Positions 29,724 through 38,500 of a stretch of DNA of 64,000 nucleotides are shown here, in pieces. The notes under the pieces were generated by a model. It searched no databases and was not told the origin of the DNA. It saw nothing but the letters and a program-made list of their open reading frames with translations. This DNA comes from an uncultured bacterium. GTDB lineage: Bacteria; Oederibacteriota; JAAXVQ01; JAUVAV01. The DNA is taken from assembly GCA_963710755.1 (NCBI GenBank), contig CAVQBK010000003.1, positions 160,001 through 224,000 of the forward strand, read 5' to 3'. Made by a program: the position numbers and the translations under genes. The stretch's first letter is position 1. Each line of letters starts with the position of its first letter.

Positions 29724-32522
29724 CTATTCCAAAGGCGTACTTTCCATGGTGCTGCGGAAATCATGGCCGGATACATCCTCCCAACCCAGGACTTCCTGCA
29801 ATACCTTAATATAAAACCTGGTCTTGAAATTATGGGAGGGGTCATAAGGCCGCTCCGTAATATCGGTGACCATGACTGATTCCCTGTCCGCCCAGAGTTC
29901 AATCAGATCAGGCCGCTTGTTACCCACCGGCCGCAATGCCCAATCCATCAGGCTCTCATAGCGCGCTTCCAGGGCCTGCATCCGGGCCTGGTTATAAGGC
30001 GTGTTGCCGCCTTCGGCGATCACCCGGCGCTGCGCCTCAATGGCCCGCTGGGCGGCAGCCAGATCTGCATCAAACACCTGACGCAAGTCCTGATGGCGGT
30101 CCATGAATTCCCACACCGTGTCTCTCAACACCGTCCGGTTCAGACGAGGCAAACGCATACCCGTGGCCCGGGCATGGGCGCGCAGGGCAGTGACAAATCC
30201 GCCCAAGGTGCGCCTGGCCATGCCCCGCCACCAAAAGTAGGTGCGCGATACCGGATTGCGGGCGGCTGTGTACTCTTGCAGCATGCGCGCTTCAAATTCA
30301 GAGGGACGTTCCACGCTACGCGGCCGGGCTGGTACGGCTTCCTGTGCTGGTTCCGGTGGAGCTGCTTCGGGCGCCGGTTCTTCAGGTGCCGGTTCAGGCC
30401 GCACAATACGGCGACGCCTCGGTGTGGGACCTTCGCCCGGCTGGCCGGGCCCACCGCCGCCTTCCGTACCCTCCATCAACATCTCCGGTGAAATGGGTAC
30501 TGCCCGCGGCCCGGAGGACACCCTGGGCCCGCCACCCATAGCGGTGGCCGGCACAGCCTCTGGTGCTGCCTCAGGCACAGGCATGCGAATGCCTTCAGGC
30601 GTAACAGCTTCTGCCGGCGCTGTGCCACCAGGGCCTCGTCCGCCCGGGGGCAGGGTTTCGCCCAGCCAAATGGTCGTTTCCCTGGCGGTCTGCACCATGA
30701 GCACGGTCAGGCCAAAATTGATGGCCATGATGATGAGACGCCGCATAAGCGCCACGGCATTGGCTATGTGCCGCTCCGACAATTGATCCAAATCCGTTCC
30801 TTCCTCAGGCCGTTCCACCATGGACAATTCGCGGCCACATTGCAAGGCCAGCACCAGCAGCTCACCCACAAAGAGGATATTGAAAAAATACGAAGCTGCC
30901 CGCAACGCCAGGTCAATGCCCACGCCAATACTGCGGGCAATAGGATGGCCTGCTTGTTTGAGCACCATGGCCACCAAATGAGCACCTAAAAACCCGACCA
31001 GTACAGGCATGGTGCGCCGCCATTCCTCCTGCAGATCGCTCCACCCATCCCAGCCCCTGCGCACGCGGGGCCATAATAGATCAGCATTGTCCATATAGCC
31101 CTGGATGGCTTGTATCACCTGTACTGCTTGATCCGCTGAAATCTGGCGCACGGCATTGAGCACCTGCGCCAAGCCGCCCGTAACCTCCAACTCAATGGCT
31201 AGGGGCGGCACTTCAAAGGCCCGATAGCCGTTGTCGCGATAAGAGCCGTCCACGCCCAAAAGCGGCTGACCATTCTGATCGTAATAGCGGATATGAGAAC
31301 GGCGGTCAAAAATACCCAGCCCGTCGCGGTCACTGCTGATCTGCAAATTATTGCGCAGGGCATTGAAGTTGCCGTTGCGGCGCTGGACCAGAATGGTTTC
31401 CTGCAGCAGGGCATAAGCTCCCATCTCGGTATTGCCTGTGGCCTGGTATTCATGCCAACCCTGGGTAAAGTATTGGATGATCACTTCTGTTGCCGGATGG
31501 GCGGCAATGATGCTGGTGATCTCCTCTTGCGTCAACCCGTCTGTTGTCAACGCAGCCGCCGGTGTGGTTCCGGCAAAGCGTCCCAGAAAAGCGAATAACA
31601 AGTTGGCCAGTTCTTCGTTGTTGGCCAATACCGAATAATCGGGCTCCAATGGTGACGGCCGGTCACCCAGGGGTTCGCCGCCTTCTTCACCTGCCACTGG
31701 TGCGGTTTGCGCTGACGAGGGCCGGAAGCGAACGGGCACGGGCGTGCGTCTTTCCTCCAAGGCGGTATTAAACCGGTCCATCTGCTCCTGATTTTGGAAG
31801 ATGTATTCCACAATATCGCGCGGCTCACCGCCGACGGTGCTGATAATGTTGCGGCCTTCCCGGCGCGTCAATTCGTAGGGACGGGTAAAATCAAGCTCTA
31901 CTATGTGGGTGATGCGCAGTGTGTCCGGGACTTCATCCTCGTAGTGGACCACCATGATATGCTCAGCCACATAAATCTCCACCTGCTCCATGTCGCCTGC
32001 ATCTCGCTGTACCAGCGCCTGCTGATGGCGGGTTTGCTGCAACACATGAATCAATTCATGGGCCAGTAGCAGCCGTCCGGGTTGGGTCTGCGGTGCATAC
32101 TGGCCAAGGCCGAAATAAATATGGCGGCCCCGCGCAAATGCTTTGGCATTGAGGCCTTTGGCTTGCTCGGCAGCCTGCCTGTCCGTGTGGAGGGTAATGC
32201 TCTTCTGCTGCGGGCCCCAAGGCATGGTCAGCCAGTCCTGTAAATAGGGACTTGCAGCCAGCGATTCCGCCAGATGACGCGCCTGGCTTTCGCTTGGGCC
32301 GGTGGCGGTGGGATGGCTCCAGCAGCAGCGGGGACAGCCGCCGTCACAGGTGCAGATCCCAGCCGGCAAAGCCGGTGGCGGCGCCAGCGGCCCTGCGCCT
32401 GCTGACAGGCGGTTTGTCTCAGGCGCGCGTTGCGGGCTGTCCTGTACCTTGATAGGTTCGTGCCTGGCTTTGGCCGGTGCCTTGGCTGCTGATGGTTGCG
32501 GCGCTGCTTTTTTCACAAGCAC
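29724..32522 (-). CDS. DUF4157 (eCIS core) effector candidate with a C-terminal PD-(D/E)xK-like domain
   Basis: CTCDGGCPRC; AKAFARGRHIYFG..GRLLLAHELIHVLQQ..VQR; hydrophobic mid-region; Pro/Glu linker; C-terminal KRPDLIELW..VTDIT..HNFKT. Confidence 0.8.
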   Translation of the reverse strand: MLVKKAAPQPSAAKAPAKARHEPIKVQDSPQRAPETNRLSAGAGPLAPPPALPAGICTCDGGCPRCCWSHPTATGPSESQARHLAESLAASPYLQDWLTMPWGPQQKSITLHTDRQAAEQAKGLNAKAFARGRHIYFGLGQYAPQTQPGRLLLAHELIHVLQQTRHQQALVQRDAGDMEQVEIYVAEHIMVVHYEDEVPDTLRITHIVELDFTRPYELTRREGRNIISTVGGEPRDIVEYIFQNQEQMDRFNTALEERRTPVPVRFRPSSAQTAPVAGEEGGEPLGDRPSPLEPDYSVLANNEELANLLFAFLGRFAGTTPAAALTTDGLTQEEITSIIAAHPATEVIIQYFTQGWHEYQATGNTEMGAYALLQETILVQRRNGNFNALRNNLQISSDRDGLGIFDRRSHIRYYDQNGQPLLGVDGSYRDNGYRAFEVPPLAIELEVTGGLAQVLNAVRQISADQAVQVIQAIQGYMDNADLLWPRVRRGWDGWSDLQEEWRRTMPVLVGFLGAHLVAMVLKQAGHPIARSIGVGIDLALRAASYFFNILFVGELLVLALQCGRELSMVERPEEGTDLDQLSERHIANAVALMRRLIIMAINFGLTVLMVQTARETTIWLGETLPPGGRGPGGTAPAEAVTPEGIRMPVPEAAPEAVPATAMGGGPRVSSGPRAVPISPEMLMEGTEGGGGPGQPGEGPTPRRRRIVRPEPAPEEPAPEAAPPEPAQEAVPARPRSVERPSEFEARMLQEYTAARNPVSRTYFWWRGMARRTLGGFVTALRAHARATGMRLPRLNRTVLRDTVWEFMDRHQDLRQVFDADLAAAQRAIEAQRRVIAEGGNTPYNQARMQALEARYESLMDWALRPVGNKRPDLIELWADRESVMVTDITERPYDPSHNFKTRFYIKVLQEVLGWEDVSGHDFRSTMESTPLE

Positions 32523-32611
32523 TGTCTCCTTTGTTTTTTCATGATCATAAAATCTAAACCCCTAGTGGCTTTAACGGCCCGGCGGTTCCTAACAAATGGT
32601 TCTCCCGTCTC

Positions 32612-32755
32612 CCTGTGATTAATGGCTTTTATTAACAGGACGGTTGAGAGATCGGAAGAAGATCTAATGACGTTAGGGTTAATCGCGCAGCGCTTCCCCA
32701 AAGTTCTTCTTCCTCAACTTTTGCCTTCCTGTGATTAATATTTTTTTTACAGGGC
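32612..32755. repeat. Degenerate direct/inverted repeat cluster between effector genes
   Basis: CCTGTGATTAAT at 32612-23 and 32728-39, each followed by a T-run and ACAGG. The inner segments are loosely complementary. Confidence 0.5.
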
Positions 32756-32854
32756 GCCCGTAAGCGCACAGACAAGCTCAACCTACTTTTAAAGATTCAT
32801 CATGCCCCCATTCATAAAAGCTCTTCCTCCCCAGCCCTCCTGTGGCCAATAAGC

Positions 32855-34507
32855 TTACTTACCAAATAGTTTTTTTATAAGCGCCACTTCATCAAAGGTC
32901 CCGCTCAGGCCCACCACGGTCGTGCTGCCGGCTGTGCTCCACGATTGGTTGATCATCAGGTTAAGATCATCCTGCTCGCCGATCAAGCCCAGCTGCGCGG
33001 CCAGAGACCAGCCAAAGGTCGCTTTTTTCTGATCCAAGCCAATGCCCAGCGACGGGCCGGTCAGAACATCCACATAGGACAAAGGTGTGGGCTTCATCAC
33101 CCTCAGACCCAATTGCGGCTCCACACTGAGCCGCTTGTGCGCTGACCCGGTAATGCCCAGGCCTACCTGGGTCATGATGGGCAGCACGCCCAGCAGTCTT
33201 TTGGGCATGTCGTCCTTGCCGTAAAGCAGCTGCTTCATAATGGTCATGTAGACCAATCGGCGGCTCACGCTGTCCTTGGGAATGGCCGGATTATTGGGCG
33301 CCGGCATGGTGCCCACCTGCAGTTTACCCTGACCGGCCAGAGCGCCAAAATCAGCGGTCTTAAGCGAGGCCTTTTGCGCGGCCGAGAGCGCTTGCAGAAA
33401 TTGGCTGATCAAAGCCTGCGTATTGGTTTTGGCGGTCTCATACCCCTGCCCATTGTCCTTGGGATCATCGCAATTCCAGCTTCTGCCCTGATCGTCGGTT
33501 TTTCGGTCATGGCCTTTGCCCTTGATGCCTTCCTGATGCGACCCCCGGTCCTGACCCACATGCAGGGCCATACCCCAGTACACCATGGCTTGTTTGGTAA
33601 TCTTGCCGTCCGACATCAGACTCAGGGCTTTGGCCAGATGCTCTTTGGCGCGCGCCTCATTGTCCTTGGTTTTGGAACCCTTGTATTTGTAGAGATTGGC
33701 TTCGCCATGATTGGGCGCTTCATAATCGGAAAGGGTTTCTGTAAACAGCGACAGGATGGGGATATGGGGACTTTTAATAATGGTCCCGATGATCGGCATT
33801 TTGGCCAGGAGAAAGTCCTGGCCATAGTAAAGGTAGTTGCAGCCGCGCTGATCCAATTGCCCGGCATAGAAAGCAAGTTTGACCAACGCGTCGGCGCTGA
33901 ACTGGCCGCTGAAGTAGGCGTTGATAATATCTTTGGTAATGGTTTGATGGATGGAGGCAGGCCAGCAGTGCACGCATGGTTTTTGTGATCGCTCCTGCTG
34001 CACCACGTGCGCCAGTTCATGGGCCAGCAGTTCCCGGCCGGCGGTGGTAAAAGGAGCGTAAGCAGCATGATTAAAATACAGATGACGGCCATAAGTAAAA
34101 GCCTGCGCGCCCAGGCTGGAGGTTAGTTGGCGGGCACGCGCCCCGCGGTGAATACGAACTCGGGAAAAGTCATGGCCAAAACGGTACTCCAAGGTGCGCC
34201 GTTCTTCCTGTGCCATGATTGTGCCCTGCTCTTCTTGCGGGGGACCTTGCAGCGCTTGATCTGAGCTGACCTCAGCCCCGGCAGGTGGAGCCTTGCCCTG
34301 CAGCGCTTGGCGGGCCATGCGATTGGCATGGTCTTCAGTGGCCTGATAGGTGCTTGATCGCTTGGTCACACAGATGGGGCAGCCGCCGTCGCAGCTACAT
34401 TTTTTGTTCAAAGGTATTGGCAGTGCCGTTGGTTTGGCGGCCACCGGCCGAGGCGGAACTGTGGGCTGCCGGGTCATCATTGGTCTTTGCGGTTCGAACC
34501 ATTTCAT
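32855..34507 (-). CDS. DUF4157 effector candidate with a Zn-dependent phospholipase C / P1 nuclease-like domain
   Basis: AAGGAGGT RBS, ATG 34507; CSCDGGCPIC; FGHDFSRVRIH..AQAFTYG..LLAHELAHVVQQ; then WPASIH...D...NHGE...ALHVGQDRGSH. Confidence 0.78.
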   Translation of the reverse strand: MKWFEPQRPMMTRQPTVPPRPVAAKPTALPIPLNKKCSCDGGCPICVTKRSSTYQATEDHANRMARQALQGKAPPAGAEVSSDQALQGPPQEEQGTIMAQEERRTLEYRFGHDFSRVRIHRGARARQLTSSLGAQAFTYGRHLYFNHAAYAPFTTAGRELLAHELAHVVQQERSQKPCVHCWPASIHQTITKDIINAYFSGQFSADALVKLAFYAGQLDQRGCNYLYYGQDFLLAKMPIIGTIIKSPHIPILSLFTETLSDYEAPNHGEANLYKYKGSKTKDNEARAKEHLAKALSLMSDGKITKQAMVYWGMALHVGQDRGSHQEGIKGKGHDRKTDDQGRSWNCDDPKDNGQGYETAKTNTQALISQFLQALSAAQKASLKTADFGALAGQGKLQVGTMPAPNNPAIPKDSVSRRLVYMTIMKQLLYGKDDMPKRLLGVLPIMTQVGLGITGSAHKRLSVEPQLGLRVMKPTPLSYVDVLTGPSLGIGLDQKKATFGWSLAAQLGLIGEQDDLNLMINQSWSTAGSTTVVGLSGTFDEVALIKKLFGK

Positions 34508-34518
34508 GCTACACCTCC

Positions 34519-35574
34519 TTACCTGAGGATGGTGAGCCTGCCCTCCCAATCAAGTAGTACCAAAGCCTCTTGAACAATACCTATATTATATACGCGTGAC
34601 TTGTCCCACAAGCACACCGGCCGGCCGGGCTGACCGGGCAGCAAAGCCCAAACCCTGCCCTGGTCATCGGAAAAAAGCAGGCGGCCGTCTTCCAGCACCA
34701 GTGCCAGCTGGCCCCCGGCCGTGGTGGGTGCGGGCGTGGTGTTTTCAAATTCCACATAATCATACACCTGTGGGTTGTCTGCCGACAGCCGAACCTTTTG
34801 ATAGTTGAGACCATTGCATACATGCCAAATACCATGAGTATCCACCACGCCTTGAGGGAGGCGGTTGTTGGTCAGTTTGAGGCTGTGCACGGGTTGTCCG
34901 CTTTTGAGGCTCAAAGCCACAATGCCGTTCTCCTCGGTGCTGATCCACAGCAGACCCTCTTTGGCGGCCACCAGATCGCCCGGTGGCCGGTCAAATGCCC
35001 TCTGCCAGCGCACTTCACCGCTTTCAACATCCAGAGCTATAATCGTTTTAACGGCCTGCAGGGGACACGCCAGCAATAGGTCGCCCACGGGCAACACGCC
35101 GGTCAGGGCTTCCTGCTTGACCCACAAGGACCGAGCCCTGCCCGTGTCCACCAGTTCACTTTCCCATGTCCCTCCATGTTCGCGCAGCACCAGAAGCCGA
35201 TGGTCGGGCAGACCCAGGCCGGCCGCATCTTTGCCCGGCAAGTCCGTGGCCCACACCTGTATGGGCCCATGCAACCCGTCCCAGCGCCACAGGTTGCCTT
35301 CCCTATCCGTCAGCACGGCCGGACTCTCATACCCGGGTCCATAAGCGGCTACACTCAAGGCCGGCCCGGACCCCAGTCCGTGGGGCAATACTTGACGCAG
35401 GTTCTCTTCCGGCCCCTGATACAGATAAAGCCGCGGCCCATAATGAACCAGCTTGGTCAGGCCGGGATTGAGGCCGACAGCGCCCGACCAGACCGGTTCA
35501 AAGCGGTTGGGCAATGACAAAACAGAAGGGCTAAAATTCAGCCGCTGCGGCAGGCCGGCGACCAATAAATTCAT
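34519..35574 (-). CDS. PQQ-like beta-propeller protein (candidate immunity or accessory protein)
   Basis: IIALDVESGEVRWQ, IVALSLKSGQ and LVDTGRARSLW repeats. ATG 35574, with an AAAGGAG RBS abutting the stop of the 1515-aa gene. Confidence 0.7.
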   Translation of the reverse strand: MNLLVAGLPQRLNFSPSVLSLPNRFEPVWSGAVGLNPGLTKLVHYGPRLYLYQGPEENLRQVLPHGLGSGPALSVAAYGPGYESPAVLTDREGNLWRWDGLHGPIQVWATDLPGKDAAGLGLPDHRLLVLREHGGTWESELVDTGRARSLWVKQEALTGVLPVGDLLLACPLQAVKTIIALDVESGEVRWQRAFDRPPGDLVAAKEGLLWISTEENGIVALSLKSGQPVHSLKLTNNRLPQGVVDTHGIWHVCNGLNYQKVRLSADNPQVYDYVEFENTTPAPTTAGGQLALVLEDGRLLFSDDQGRVWALLPGQPGRPVCLWDKSRVYNIGIVQEALVLLDWEGRLTILR

Positions 35575-35585
35575 GTGGACTCCTT

Positions 35586-38500
35586 TCAAGGCGCTGTTCC
35601 CCTTAATCCGGAAGCACTGGAAATTTCAATCAAGTCGGCACTGGCGAATGCCTTCATGATGTCCACTTTAGCATTTACGGGAGCGTTTTCCAGCACTTTT
35701 TGCAAGGCTTCATTCATGGCCGCTTGGATCTCGGCCTTGGGCACCGGGCCGGGCGCGCGGAACACCCAGCGAATGGTGCGCAAGCCCCCGGGATTGCTAA
35801 AGTTGTCGGTCCGCAACAGCACATCGCGGCCGAACTGGCTCTTGAGCGAACCGGGGAACCAATTGTTCCAATCTTTGAGTTCCAGCCTGGTGCCGTCCTT
35901 GAGCTCTATATCATAGCGCCGCACTTTTTCCTCACCCTCGATGACAAGGCTCTGGGTGACTTCAAAGGCTTTGATATTGTCCAGTCCCACGCCGGCCTTG
36001 GCATATTCCATTTGCCACATGCCGCCGCGCCAGTTATTGCGGCTGGTGGTCATGGATCGCATCACGTCGTAACTGCCGGGAATGTTTTTATCCATCATCT
36101 CGCCAAAGGTGCGTAGCACAAAATTGCGCTCCCCTGCGCTGCGGGCGCGGTTGAAGATCATGCCTGTATTCATCAGCTCCCCGTTGGGACCCGGCCGGGA
36201 GGCATGGAGCAAACCCCGCAGTTCGGCAATGTCCAGGCCCTGTTCGCCAAAGGTTACGCGCAGGGCTTCGCCCACCTCGGCATCGGTCATGGACGAGAGC
36301 TTGCCTTCCCGCAGTTTGGTCATGGCATCAGGACCGAATTTTTTGGTCAGCCGTTGACTGACCCTTTCATAGGCTTTCTTGGCCAATTCATCCAATTTGG
36401 TGGTGCCGTAACGCTCAGCCTGTTTGATCTGCTTTTCCGCGGCATCGAGCGCCCATTTGGTTTTTTTCAAGGTGCCTTGTCTGGTGCTGTCGCGCGGCTT
36501 GAGCTTGCGGATATCGTCAATGGTGGTATCGGCAAAGCCCAGCCGGTCGGCGCGCTCCACGAGGTTCTCCTTACGCTGGGCCAGTTTTTCCCTCCTGGCC
36601 TTGATCGCTTCCGAGACTTCCGGTTTAACACCGGCCACGGGCGCTTGGCCTCCGGCAGGCATGGGCTTGAAGGTCAACAGGCGTGTGCCTGAGCTGACAT
36701 GAATGACGCCGTCCTTATCAGGCTTGCTGGTATGACTTTCTCCGTAAAATTCCTTGATCTTGCCTTCCGTGCCCGGCTTATAAAAATAGGTGCTGCCTGC
36801 TTCCGCGCTGGCCATGATCTTGGTGGCTTTTAAAAATTCCGCTTCCTTGAGCATGTTTCCCATGTCGGCAATGCGTCCCAGCTCGGCATTAACTTCCTTG
36901 GCCACCTGGGCATATTCCGGCTGGCCTTTGTAAGCTGCTTTAATATCGGACAAAAGCGTTTTTTGTTTGGCCATTAGTTCCCGCTGTTTGGCCATGAGGA
37001 CCGGGGCTTCCGTGTTGGCGGCTTTGGTATCGCCGATGAGCTCCGAAAGGCTGATTTGCACTTGCCTGGTCTCGGTGGTCAAGTCGGTGTAACGTGATTG
37101 CAACTTGGTCAATTTACGACCCCGCGCCCAGATACCGACTTTTTCCGTGTAGGGACGGGAAAGCCTGGCGCCTACTTCCATCATGGCAATGAAAAGCAGG
37201 TTTTCGTAAATAAGCAGAAACAGCTCATCCCCCTCGGGCATATGCCCGTTGGCCCGGTAAAATTCTTCCACGCTGAAGGCAATGAAAAAGCCTGTTTCCA
37301 TGGTAACACTCATGGCTCGGGCAATGCCCTGGGCGCCCCGGCTGGCCACGTAGGCTTCCTCCCCGCCCACGGCTGCAGTCACCAGACTGCGCGAAACCGC
37401 GCTGAAGATAAAATTGAGGCCTTTAAAAACGCCAAAGGTGCCGGCCGTAATGCCGGCCTTGAGGAAAAAGTCTCCTGCCTGACCGCCGGGCGCATTGGGA
37501 TCGAGGCCGCTCTGGCCGGTAGTTAAATACTCCTTGCCTACATTGAGCCCTTCGTAGATCACACCGGTGAGGGCCAATTGGGTAAGCGTGTAGCCTATGC
37601 CTTCGGTGGTGCCCCAGATCCAGGCCGCCACACCGGCGGCAATTTCGCCGGCTACAAAAATCATGGCCACGCCCAAGGCCACCGACGCGCCCAGGGTGGC
37701 CACGGCCATGATGGTGCCCGCACGCTTGGCATGCGCCATGCGGTTGGCATAAAGCTGTTCAGCCAGATTGGTGAAATCCTCGGTTTTGCCGCTCATGGCC
37801 CCCGGGAGAAGGCCTGATGCTTCCTGGGTGTGGGGGAAGGTGTTGCCTTTGAGGACCTTAAAGCCCAGTTGTTTGTATGCCTGGTCGCGGATGGCATTAC
37901 CCAGATCACCGTCCAGATAGAGCGCTGTGATTTTGCGCGTGCGCAGTTTTTCCAGCGTGTCAGCCAGCTCACTGGCTGAGTGATTGGCCCAGCCTTTCAT
38001 TTGCTCCAGAGAGAAGCCGTCCACGGTGATACCCTGGGCGAGTTGCACGGCTTTGGACAGGGTGCCCATGGTGGTCTGCAGGGCCGTGCGCTTATCTTTG
38101 GGCACGCCCATAAATTCCAGCAATCTTTTCTGGTCATCACCTTTGCGCATGGCAAAGACCAGCACAAACATGCGCAGTTTCTCCTGATCCTTCACCATGC
38201 CCTGAAGCTGATCGTGCGCTTCCTTCAAAGGATCAAAGAGAATGCGCTGGGCCGTATTCTCCACCATCATCACCATCTCGTCGGCCACGGCCATGGCCAG
38301 ATGGGGCCTGTCCTCCAACGTTTTATGAAACCGGGGATCCCCCACGGGCCGGTCGGTCTCGATCATCAGGTACTGGCGCATGAGGTCGCCCATGCGTTGC
38401 ACGTGGGTCAGGTAAAAATTAAGCGGCGTCTGTCCCCCTTCCTTGGGATTACCCTGGGGATCGAGTTCGTAGACCAGATTGGCGGTGTTCCATTGGTCGG

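Noticed and set aside
29681-29902. 73-aa ORF as an immunity gene for the 932-aa effector
   Set aside because: It overlaps the effector's C-terminal coding region in another frame, with no RBS or protein-like features.
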